This document shows positions 11,997 to 20,579 of a stretch of DNA of 64,000 bases, piece after piece. Both the position numbers and the translations under genes were made by a program. The notes under the pieces are model-generated. The model did no database searches and was not told the origin of the DNA. It saw only the letters and a program-made list of their open reading frames with translations. Each line of letters starts with the position of its first letter. Positions within the stretch are counted from its first letter, which is position 1. The stretch comes from Salinispira sp. (GTDB lineage: Bacteria; Spirochaetota; Spirochaetia; DSM-27196; Salinispiraceae): NCBI GenBank assembly GCA_965226555.1, contig CBDDDG010000001.1, positions 1 to 64,000 on the forward strand, given 5' to 3'.

Positions 11997-12048
11997 CAGT
12001 TACTCGCCGGGCCTCTGTGAAAGCATGCCAAAACTGGCGAGTCTTTTT
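11997..12048 (+). ncRNA. Putative abiF-type RNA (antitoxin or cis-regulatory hairpin)
   Basis: Stem ACTCGCCGG (12002-12010) / CTGGCGAGT (12034-12042) closing a 23-nt interior, followed by CTTTTT; lies between the promoter and the Abi ATG. Confidence 0.6.
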
Positions 12049-12052
12049 ATAT

Positions 12053-12976
12053 ATGAAATACACCAAACCTCATCTGACATATACTGAGCAGGCAGACGTA
12101 CTTATTTCCCGTGGGATGACAGGAAACAGGTCGGAGATAGTAAGCAGATTGCAGTTTGTGAATTATTATCGCCTTTCGGGATATTTTTATCCATTTCGGA
12201 AAACAGATGATAATGGCAATAAAACAGATATGTTCATTGATGGTACCAATTTCGACACTGTTTGGGAACGGTACCGCTTTGATCGAAAATTAAAACTATT
12301 GGTCTTAGATGCAATTGAGCGTGTTGAAATTAGCCTCAGAGCTCATTTGAGTTATCAACTCAGCGAACAATATGAGGCCTTCGGCTATTTAGATTCCCGA
12401 AATTTTGCTCATACAAATAACCCACAGGCAGATGTTAACTCATTATATCAAAAAATATCAGCTGATATATCCCGATCTAAAAAATTCAAAGAACCGTTCA
12501 TGATTCACTATTACACGAAATATAGAGGTCCACACGAATATCCTCCAATCTGGATAGCGATTGAAGTCATGAGTTTTGGCACGATTTTATCACTCTTCCG
12601 ATCTATGAAGAGATCGGATCAGGCTGCTATCGCAAAAAAACATACTGTGCCCCTTCCAGTATTTTACAGTTGGATACAATCACTTAATAAGGTCAGAAAT
12701 ATCAGCGCTCATCATGGACGTCTCTGGAACAGAGTTTTAACTGTTAAACCGAAAATTCCTTATGGGAAAAACTATGAGGAGTGGAAGCCTCTCATACCCA
12801 TTCCTGATAGGAGAATATTCGTCATTTTAACCATACTGAAATATCTGATGAATAATGTTGCTTCGACCAGCAAGTGGTCAGACAGGCTGTCTTCTCTCCT
12901 GACTGAATTTCCCAACATTCCGTTAAGCCAAATGGGATTTCCTGATAATTGGGCAACCGACGAATTATGGAAATGA
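12053..12976 (+). CDS. Abi family (AbiD/AbiF, Abi_2) HEPN RNase toxin
   Basis: MKYTKPHLTYTEQ..L.SRG, VNYYRLSGY, Y.FDRKL, IERVEISLR, PPIWIAIEVMSFG and HEPN RxxxxH motif RNISAHHGRLWNR. Confidence 0.92.
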   Translation: MKYTKPHLTYTEQADVLISRGMTGNRSEIVSRLQFVNYYRLSGYFYPFRKTDDNGNKTDMFIDGTNFDTVWERYRFDRKLKLLVLDAIERVEISLRAHLSYQLSEQYEAFGYLDSRNFAHTNNPQADVNSLYQKISADISRSKKFKEPFMIHYYTKYRGPHEYPPIWIAIEVMSFGTILSLFRSMKRSDQAAIAKKHTVPLPVFYSWIQSLNKVRNISAHHGRLWNRVLTVKPKIPYGKNYEEWKPLIPIPDRRIFVILTILKYLMNNVASTSKWSDRLSSLLTEFPNIPLSQMGFPDNWATDELWK

Positions 12977-13035
12977 CGTTGTAATAGACGGTATCATATT
13001 ATTCTAGGGTCTCTGCCGGAGACTGCGGGGAATCA

Positions 13036-13660
13036 TGGGATATAAACCTTTGAACTGACCCCACTTTGACCTATTATGCGATCATTTCTTCCGAGTGCCA
13101 AGCCCTCCATCGCTCAAGCGTCGGTCGTGTGAGCCGGTGCGAGGACTCGACAGAACTGTTCCATGTGCACTGCCCGGGCGGAATACGCCGATACTCGACA
13201 CCCGCCTGTATGAGCGCCTGCTCAAACCCCGACGTTCGGGTTTTGCTCAGATGCCGAACGGTGAACTCCGCCCCGTTATCGGTCTGAACCGTTATGTCCT
13301 TGGCAAGGTCTCCGTCATGATTCCGCAGGTGCTCCAGCAGGTACTCGGCGAACAAGGTTGTTACCATACTGCTCTTCTCATTGGCAAAGGCGTACCACAG
13401 AGCCCCTGTCGCATGGGCGAGCAGGCGCGCCAGCGCCGACCAGCCGCCTTGATCGAATGCTCTTGGGCATACCGAACCATCCGCAATCGCCAATCATACA
13501 TCGCAGCCTGATACTTCCGAGACTTGCGATGATACTGAGAATATGTGATACTGCTGTTCACTGTTTCCCTCCTTTTATGGTTTTCATTAACCCCCAGTGT
13601 ATACGAATAACCTTCGTTTTACACTGGGGAGGAGGGGTCTGTCCAAAGGTTTATATCCCA
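13036..13660 (-). mobile_element. Non-autonomous deleted derivative of the IS481-like element
   Basis: Keeps both TGGGATAT..GACCCC ends of 18297-19548 but has two internal deletions; no target duplication seen. Confidence 0.9.
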
Positions 13661-13687
13661 AATGTTTTGTAATGAGTATTGTTGTAG

Positions 13688-14515
13688 TTATAATACGGCA
13701 AGAATTATTGCAATAATAGATATAATTAATGATACCGCCGAAATAATTTTCCAGATACTATTATCAGATTTAACAATCTTGTATAGTGCATCAATCCGTT
13801 CATCATGTTCTTTGTCTTTAGCGTCACTGCGTTCGCCCTGTGTTCTAATACGTTCATCATGCTCCTCGTCTTTAGCGTCACTGCGTTCGCTCACAGTGCT
13901 GATACGTTCATCATGCTCCTTGTCTTTAACGTCACTACGTTCGCCCAGTGTTCTGATACGCTCATCATGATGCTGTATATCTTCTTTTAATTCATTGTCT
14001 TTTTTGTCACTATATTCCTGCAATGCGGTCATCCGCCGTTCCTGTTCTTGTTCAGCGGATATGTTTCTGTCAATTTCAGATAAAAGTGCTTTTACATAAT
14101 CTTTACCAGCTTTATTAAGACGTATCACCTCTCCACTAGTTTTTTTGAATCCATTAATCATCATATCTGAAAATTTCTCAGCGATGAATTGTGAAAGTTT
14201 TGTTGAAACACAAACAAGTCTGACAGTACTTTGTATAAGATCATTCATTTCGCCAATTAATTCACTATTAGTTGCAACGGCACGGGCAATTGCATCCGTT
14301 TTTGCGTCACGCTGTTTACCTCTTCTAAGGAAGCCTCCAATTTTCATATTTTTGGCATTATTCGCTGCTTCTTTCGTCTGTTCTATTTTTTGCGAGAGTT
14401 CATGAATTTTTGCTATAACAACGGGACTATTATAAGTTGCAAGTTCTTTGACTTCACTATCCTCAAGATTATTCACATACTCTGGGGTTATTTTTTCAAG
14501 TGTCTGATTATTCAT
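13688..14515 (-). CDS. Hypothetical coiled-coil protein with 18-aa repeats and C-terminal membrane anchor
   Basis: HDERIRTxGERSDxKDKE about 3.3 times; hydrophobic C-terminus IISAVSLIISIIAIILAVL; ATGA overlap with the upstream gene. Confidence 0.85.
   Translation of the reverse strand: MNNQTLEKITPEYVNNLEDSEVKELATYNSPVVIAKIHELSQKIEQTKEAANNAKNMKIGGFLRRGKQRDAKTDAIARAVATNSELIGEMNDLIQSTVRLVCVSTKLSQFIAEKFSDMMINGFKKTSGEVIRLNKAGKDYVKALLSEIDRNISAEQEQERRMTALQEYSDKKDNELKEDIQHHDERIRTLGERSDVKDKEHDERISTVSERSDAKDEEHDERIRTQGERSDAKDKEHDERIDALYKIVKSDNSIWKIISAVSLIISIIAIILAVL
13793..13970 (-). repeat. 54-bp coding tandem repeat (about 3.3 units)
   Basis: Repeated CGTTCATCATG..TCTTTA.CGTCACT.CGTTCGC units. Confidence 0.85.
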
Positions 14516-16230
14516 CTTTTCCTCCTGTTCTCAGCAGATTTATTTCTCAGTTTTTCAAGCAATTCGTCAAGCTCATCAGAACTTTCTGATACATCTTGAA
14601 ACGATTCATCAATGGATGACGTGGTTTCAGCTACAAGTTGTTTACTTTCACCAATTGTATTGTGCATGAATTTATATGCATCGTGCAATACAAGGTATGT
14701 TTGAGCAACCTTGTAATATGAAACAATATTGCCTTGGTATACTAACTGAATTTGTAACTTTGCGTTCTCACCATCTTTACGAAACTTGTCCATAAAATAT
14801 ATCACTATGGTTGTAAGCAGACTTCCAAGAATCGCTGATAATGTTACTGCAAAAATGTCACTGACAGTTCGACCATCACCAGGAATGGGAAACATCATTA
14901 CTGGTTGTAATAGGGGTATAGCTTGAAGAAATTTTTCTATTGCCGCGCTCAATCCAAGCGAACCTGCTCCTATTAAACCAGCTGTGAGGATCTTCACTGC
15001 CTGATACCGGGCCTCTTCTTTATCCATACCCTCCGGTGGGTTTGTCATTATTTTTATTGCCTGAACCAGCGAAACAAAGCCTGCCCGTATCATCACCACA
15101 ATTTTTTTGATTGTTGTTACAAACAAGTTAATTACGAATACCAGAAGATTTGAAAAAAAGGCAGTAATACCGCCTTCAAACGAATGTTTTAAAATATGCT
15201 TCCATTGGCTCGTTATTTTTGCAATTACTACCTTCATTTTTTCTCTGAATTCTGTAAGTATTTCTTTAAAGGTTTTACCTGCCCGGGTAGCAAATACTTC
15301 CTTAATAGCGACAAAGGTTCCATTAACGAATTCTCTCATTACAACGCCAATGGCTGAATATACAACCATTTTACTAGCATCTTTCACGCCTGTGGATAGG
15401 AGTTCTGAGGAGTATTTCTTAAATGCCTCCTTGCTATTAAATTTTCTAATGCTTTGGCGCGCCTGCCTATCCTTTTCAAGAGCCTTTTGGGTATCAATTT
15501 CAAGTTTTTCACCTTTGGTTTTTCCGGTTTTTTTATCTATGGTGTTCAGGAACTCTTTCATCGGTTTTTTGCCCTTAGATTGGTTTATGCCCGCATCGGT
15601 AAATGCCAAGTTATCTTCTGAAGTAGCCATTCGTTGTCTCTGGCCAGAATTCATGTGAAGATGATGCGCTGGATTATCTTCAATTTCTTTTGCAGAAACA
15701 ATATGGTCAAGCTGCGCGCGTCCGTTTTTTGGGAGTTGCTTTCCGGTGTACTCATCAATAATTATTTCTTGTGACTGAAATGCTTTTTTTCTTTTGTCTG
15801 ACAAGGGGGCATCATATCCACCTTTTTTGCGGACATCCTGCCATTCTTGGTTTTGATTATCGATAAACTTGTTATACTTTTTCTCATCATCCTTTGTTGC
15901 AACAACCCCCTTCTTGAAATTATGTACCGTTGTAACATTTCCGCCATCCTTTGAGTCAATGAATAAACTGGCTAATCCAAATTGACTGGTAACGGCTTCT
16001 ATGGCGGTTACTTTACATTGTTCAATAAGTGTATCGCCTTGCGATTTACCATATTCATCTTGAAGTCTTCCCAACTCCCTGAATGCTTCATCCAGTCCTG
16101 TATCTACTTCAATCCGAATTTGCTCTACCTCATCCAACTGAGCAATGTCAGATTGAATCGCATTTTCATTGTCCCATGAAATTTGTTCATGATTAAAAGA
16201 ATCAAACGGTTTCCGATTATTTTCAGCCAT
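14512..16230 (-). CDS. Hypothetical protein with HNH-like motif and C-terminal hydrophobic helices
   Basis: DEYTG...QLDHIVSAKEI...NLAFTDAGINQSKG (beta-beta-alpha-metal-like), then several hydrophobic helices; RBS AGGAGG. Confidence 0.8.
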   Translation of the reverse strand: MAENNRKPFDSFNHEQISWDNENAIQSDIAQLDEVEQIRIEVDTGLDEAFRELGRLQDEYGKSQGDTLIEQCKVTAIEAVTSQFGLASLFIDSKDGGNVTTVHNFKKGVVATKDDEKKYNKFIDNQNQEWQDVRKKGGYDAPLSDKRKKAFQSQEIIIDEYTGKQLPKNGRAQLDHIVSAKEIEDNPAHHLHMNSGQRQRMATSEDNLAFTDAGINQSKGKKPMKEFLNTIDKKTGKTKGEKLEIDTQKALEKDRQARQSIRKFNSKEAFKKYSSELLSTGVKDASKMVVYSAIGVVMREFVNGTFVAIKEVFATRAGKTFKEILTEFREKMKVVIAKITSQWKHILKHSFEGGITAFFSNLLVFVINLFVTTIKKIVVMIRAGFVSLVQAIKIMTNPPEGMDKEEARYQAVKILTAGLIGAGSLGLSAAIEKFLQAIPLLQPVMMFPIPGDGRTVSDIFAVTLSAILGSLLTTIVIYFMDKFRKDGENAKLQIQLVYQGNIVSYYKVAQTYLVLHDAYKFMHNTIGESKQLVAETTSSIDESFQDVSESSDELDELLEKLRNKSAENRRKR

Positions 16231-16292
16231 TCCTTACCTCCTAAGTGCTGACTCTAACGCTCCCTGCATCTATTTTTGGTGTTCACAGCGAA

Positions 16293-16317
16293 TGGGATAT
16301 TAAGGTTTGAACTGACC
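16293..16317. repeat. Orphan terminal IR of the IS481-like element
   Basis: TGGGATATTAAGGTTTGAACTGACC versus TGGGATATTAAGGTTTGAACAGACC at 18297. Confidence 0.8.
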
Positions 16318-16337
16318 GTCTCATTTAACTACAAGAA

Positions 16338-18227
16338 TCAGACAGGTGAATCCTCAAGCACTTCTTCATCTGAATCTTCATCAGTTAATGGAAGTTGTGC
16401 GGACATGAAGACCCGACTTTTTAACCGTTCCTTCAGTTTTGCCCTTCTTTTTTCATAGAATTGCCGAAATGCTTCGAATTCCAGATCGCTTTCTTCAACA
16501 AAAAGATCTTGCGCTCGCAGGTTAACATGTTGGTCATTGAGCCATTCGTCCAATGGTTTGTCGCTCTTTGACCGGTTCTGTGAACCATTAAGCAAATGAA
16601 GGTTGGCCATGGAATTCCAATGTCTTTTGTCAGAGAAAAATTCATACAGTTCATCATCGGCCTGAAGGAAATTGTGCGACTTGAGTGCCTTTTTTCCGAA
16701 GGCGTTGTGAGGGTGCAGGTGATCAATATGGAAGATCTCGGTGGAATTCATTTCAGGAAAGAGAAGATGCAGAAGCGCCCTGCACCGACCTTCACCATGC
16801 TGAATGTTTAACAGGCTTTCAATATAATCATCATTGAAACGAAGATCCTTGTTGGTGGTTTTATATCGGTCAATAATATCTTCCAACGGAAACAATGGCT
16901 TTTGGATGTTAGCTTTGAGAACTTCTCGCATACTGATCAGAATTGAATCAGAGCTCCCGCCAAAAACTCCTTTGAGCAAGGCCATATAGAACCACTGGCT
17001 AATTTTCGCCCGTTGCTCATGACACTTGGCTAGGTTATTTATGGCATGGTATAATGGTTGATTTCCTTCTGTGTGTTTGTACAGGTAGTAACAAATAGGA
17101 ATCACCGTGTTTCTGGAGGTCAGTGACTGTGGGTTAATGCCAAATCGATGGACAAGGAGAAAGGCGGATTTGATGCACTCCTTTATCGCTGTCCACTCAG
17201 ACTGAATTTTCTTCACCCGCTCTTCCTTGAAATTTTTGACTTTGAAACGGACATCCGCATCGGTAAGCATGAGGCAGGTTTTTAATATCCAATTTCGATC
17301 TATGTCGAATCCCATATTGTTGCTTTCGTGAATATATCTTGTCAAATTCACGAGTTCCTGACGAAAATCTCCATCCCAGTTTGCCACGGCAATTGACATA
17401 AGCAAATCTGAAAATGCCAGCGTTGTCCCCCCGCTGTTGGTTCGAATGAAAATGTCGAGTACGTGATCAATTTCCTGACTGGGCTCATTGAAATAATGGA
17501 TAATCTTTTTTAACCGGATTACCTCATAGAGTAGTAAGAGCGTCTTTTGTGCAAATTCGTTTTCAGGCAAGCCAGCAGATTTAAGAAATGGTATTACGAT
17601 TTCAATCAATATATCGCTCACATTATCCAACTGTGGGAATTTCGGTATCTCGTGCAGACAGAACCAGTAGTGCTCATTGGAGTCGCCCAGCGAATTCTGA
17701 TATTGCTTTTCGGTCAAAAACTTAAAATTGTACATCATCAACGAATCATCATCATCTTCTGAAATTACTTGTTGCTTGAGATCAAGATAGAGCTTTCTCC
17801 GCGGGAATATGTTTTCATCTCTTGTACTGGGCCACCAAAGTCGAGGTTGTTTATATGCGTATGTACCGTACAAGCCGATGTACAGGGAAGTTAATCTTTG
17901 CTGGCCGTCAATGATCGCCTTGAAATTTTTTAAACTGGCACTGTGATTTGCAGGTGGATTTTCTTCCTCGAATTTTTGGCAGTAATCTTTCAAAAACTCA
18001 TAAAATTTATAGTTATTTTTTATGTGTGACTCTGTAATTTCCCACATCATAAAGGTATTAATAGGATATCCCCGCATGATCGAGTCGAACAAAATACAGA
18101 TTTGCTGATTTTTCCAAACAAATTTGCGCTGAATTGCCGGTAACAGATAGTCCCTGTTATGTATCGCATCAATCGCTTCTTTAATACTAATTGCTTTTTC
18201 ATATTCACCTGTCAAAATTACCTCCAA
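16338..18227 (-). CDS. GmrSD-family (DUF262 + DUF1524/HNH) modification-dependent restriction nuclease
   Basis: LPAIQRKFVW, IIDGQQRLTSL, FIRTNSGG, HIDHLHP...MANLHLL...NRSKSD. Confidence 0.9.
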   Translation of the reverse strand: MEVILTGEYEKAISIKEAIDAIHNRDYLLPAIQRKFVWKNQQICILFDSIMRGYPINTFMMWEITESHIKNNYKFYEFLKDYCQKFEEENPPANHSASLKNFKAIIDGQQRLTSLYIGLYGTYAYKQPRLWWPSTRDENIFPRRKLYLDLKQQVISEDDDDSLMMYNFKFLTEKQYQNSLGDSNEHYWFCLHEIPKFPQLDNVSDILIEIVIPFLKSAGLPENEFAQKTLLLLYEVIRLKKIIHYFNEPSQEIDHVLDIFIRTNSGGTTLAFSDLLMSIAVANWDGDFRQELVNLTRYIHESNNMGFDIDRNWILKTCLMLTDADVRFKVKNFKEERVKKIQSEWTAIKECIKSAFLLVHRFGINPQSLTSRNTVIPICYYLYKHTEGNQPLYHAINNLAKCHEQRAKISQWFYMALLKGVFGGSSDSILISMREVLKANIQKPLFPLEDIIDRYKTTNKDLRFNDDYIESLLNIQHGEGRCRALLHLLFPEMNSTEIFHIDHLHPHNAFGKKALKSHNFLQADDELYEFFSDKRHWNSMANLHLLNGSQNRSKSDKPLDEWLNDQHVNLRAQDLFVEESDLEFEAFRQFYEKRRAKLKERLKSRVFMSAQLPLTDEDSDEEVLEDSPV

Positions 18228-18296
18228 TGCACAACCGTGAATACGGTATTATACCACAATCTACCGGCCATTTGCAAGAGGTGGTGCACTTATGGG

Positions 18297-19548
18297 TGGG
18301 ATATTAAGGTTTGAACAGACCCCACTTTGACCTATTATGCGATCATTTCTTCCGAGTGCCAAGCCCTCCATCGCTCAAGCGTCGGCCGTGTGAGCCGTTG
18401 CTCCATTATGATCGGCTTGAGCCGGAGAATATCACTATCCACATTGGTATTCCGTTGCCTCAAAAGATCCAGCGGAGTCCCTTTTCGGTAGGTGTTGAAC
18501 CGCCGGTAATTGAAATCTATCTGATACTCCTCGGCTTCCTTAAGAAACTCATTGAGCTTTGGATTCATCACCTGACTGTAGAACTCATCCTCAATGAGCC
18601 GGTGCGAGGACTCGACAGAACTGTTCCATGTGCAATGCCCGGGCGGAATACGCCGATACTCGACACCCGCCTGTATGAGCGCCTGCTCAAACCCCGATGT
18701 TCGGGTTTTGCTCAGATGTCGAACGGTGAACTCTGCCCCGTTATCGGTCTGAACCGTTATGTCCTTGGCAAGGTCTCCGTCATGATTCCGCAGGTGCTCC
18801 AGCAGGTACTCGGCGAACAAGGTTGTTACCATACTGCTCTTCTCATTGGCAAAGGCGTACCACAGAGCCCCTGTCGCCCGATCCCGGGCAGTTATCTGGT
18901 ACTTCGGAACGTCTAAACACTTCTGAGAAAACCGCATAGCGGGAATGTCCGTCAGATACTTGATATCAATCTGAATGCACTCGCCGAACTTCATCCTGTC
19001 GGTTACCTCCCGCAAATCTCTCTTGGGCCGCGCCTTCGGCTTCTTTGTTTTCTGCGCCCCTATCTGCTTTAGCGTCTTGATAATCGTCGGCAGGCTGTAC
19101 TTCCCGCCAACTTCCGCCTTCAACTGCTTTTGCACCTGCGTTCCAATGATTTTGTTGTGATTCCGATTCTTGGTCTGGACAAGACTCTCGAGATGACACC
19201 GGTGCCCGAATTTCATCTTCATCGGATGATTGGTCGTGCCCCGCTTTTTGTCTTCAAGCCCCTCGCCGGATTCAAAGCGCCGAACCCACCGCCGCACCGT
19301 GTTGCGCGACACCTCGAACTCCCGAGCAGCCGCCTTGATCGAATGCTCCTGGGCATACCGAACCATCCGCAACCGCCAATCATACATCGAAGCCGCCTGA
19401 TACTTCCGAGACTTGAGATGATACTGAGAATATGTGATACTACTGTTCACTGTTTCCCTCCTTTTATGTTTTATACAACCCCCAGTGTATACGAATAACC
19501 TTCGTTTTACACTGGGGAGGAGGGGTCTGTCCAAAGGTTTATATCCCA
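18297..19548 (-). mobile_element. IS481-like insertion sequence, 1252 bp, 15-bp target duplication
   Basis: Imperfect 27-bp IRs (TGGGATATTAAGGTTTGAACAGACCCC / TGGGATATAAACCTTTGGACAGACCCC); TGGTGCACTTATGGG at 18282-18296 and 19549-19563. Confidence 0.93.
18335..19450 (-). CDS. DDE integrase-core transposase (IS481-like)
   Basis: HTH AAREFEVSRNTVRRW; QIDIKY, QTDNGAEF, NSSVESSH; GTG start after AAGGAGG. Confidence 0.9.
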   Translation of the reverse strand: MNSSITYSQYHLKSRKYQAASMYDWRLRMVRYAQEHSIKAAAREFEVSRNTVRRWVRRFESGEGLEDKKRGTTNHPMKMKFGHRCHLESLVQTKNRNHNKIIGTQVQKQLKAEVGGKYSLPTIIKTLKQIGAQKTKKPKARPKRDLREVTDRMKFGECIQIDIKYLTDIPAMRFSQKCLDVPKYQITARDRATGALWYAFANEKSSMVTTLFAEYLLEHLRNHDGDLAKDITVQTDNGAEFTVRHLSKTRTSGFEQALIQAGVEYRRIPPGHCTWNSSVESSHRLIEDEFYSQVMNPKLNEFLKEAEEYQIDFNYRRFNTYRKGTPLDLLRQRNTNVDSDILRLKPIIMEQRLTRPTLERWRAWHSEEMIA

Positions 19549-19563
19549 TGGTGCACTTATGGG

Positions 19564-19728
19564 GCGAATTCGTCTTCGTATAATTTTACCAGCAATTTTT
19601 TCTGCCACATCATTTTTAAGTACCTGTCCATCATATTCTTTTAGTACGCTAAGAAAATTCTTTAAGCGTTCGGGATTTCTGACTGTTGTGGTAAATAATA
19701 AGGGTTTGTATCTGGCTTTTCGCGGCAT
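19564..19728 (-). pseudogene. N-terminal fragment of an AlwI-family type IIS restriction endonuclease
   Basis: MPRKARYKPLLFTTTVRNPERLKNFLSVLKEYDGQVL resembles AlwI-family N-termini; follows two adenine MTases; cut off at the IS junction. Confidence 0.65.
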
Positions 19729-19741
19729 AATATTTCTAATA

Positions 19742-19867
19742 GAAACTTTTGCATAGGAAAATTGCGCTTGCGCAATTTCCAGTAGCAAAAGTTTCCGATC
19801 TGGAATGCTTTCTTTGTGCTTAGCATTCTCCTATTTTATAGAAAGTTTTGCATTTTGCAAAACTTTG
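19742..19867. mobile_element. 126-bp MITE (modules A+B+C) with 5-bp target duplication
   Basis: TAATA at 19737-19741 and 19868-19872; removal restores the MTase end ...ITNY-TAG. Confidence 0.88.
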
Positions 19868-20579
19868 TAATAATTAGTAATGAGAACTTCTTTTATTTTT
19901 TTCTTTCCGTTGTTGTGATAACTAATGTAATTGCTTTGTATACTGTGAGCCTTATATTTTTTCATCCACTGAATTAATACATCATTTGTATTTTCGTTGT
20001 AATGCGTAACATTTGACAAAGCAAACTTAACACCTGTTTTATCTAATTTTTCAATCACATTAAGTAAATCGGTTTCTTCTTTTTCACTCCATAATTTATT
20101 ATACTCGCTTGATGTGATGAGGTATGGCGGATCAAGATAAACAAAATCATTTTTGGAAAATTTTCTTTTATCAAAGAATTCTCTAAAGTCTTTCGTTGTA
20201 AGCGTAATTTTTCATATCCGTCTTTATTGAATTTTGCGTAGTATGTTTTTTTAAACTCTTTTTTGAGAGAATCGGGAACAATATCTTTTTTGTAAGAGTG
20301 CGATAGTCTGTATGTGTGAATAATGTCATCAACGTCATCAAAAACCTTTTTGGGATTTTTTGCATTGAAAATTAATAGTTTATGAATATTTGCAAGGTGC
20401 CTGTCGATGTCATTCAGAAAATATTTGTTTGCTTCAACATTCAAAAAAACTGTACCGCCGCCAGAAAATGGTTCGTAAAAATTATCTACTTTCGCGGGAA
20501 ATAAATCTAAAAGCTGCTTCATAAGCCGATATTTATCTCCTACATAAAAAAGAGGTGACCTTTTTATTTTTTTACTCAT
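19868..20579 (-). pseudogene. Dam/D12-class adenine methyltransferase, frameshifted or internally deleted
   Basis: SPLFYVGDKY and EPFSGGG in one frame; DFVYLDPPY...FALSN...EVLITNY in another frame after about 20200. Confidence 0.85.

Noticed and set aside
16293..19548. Composite transposon carrying gmrSD
   Set aside because: The inner IS has its own 15-bp duplication and there is no matching duplication outside the orphan IR.
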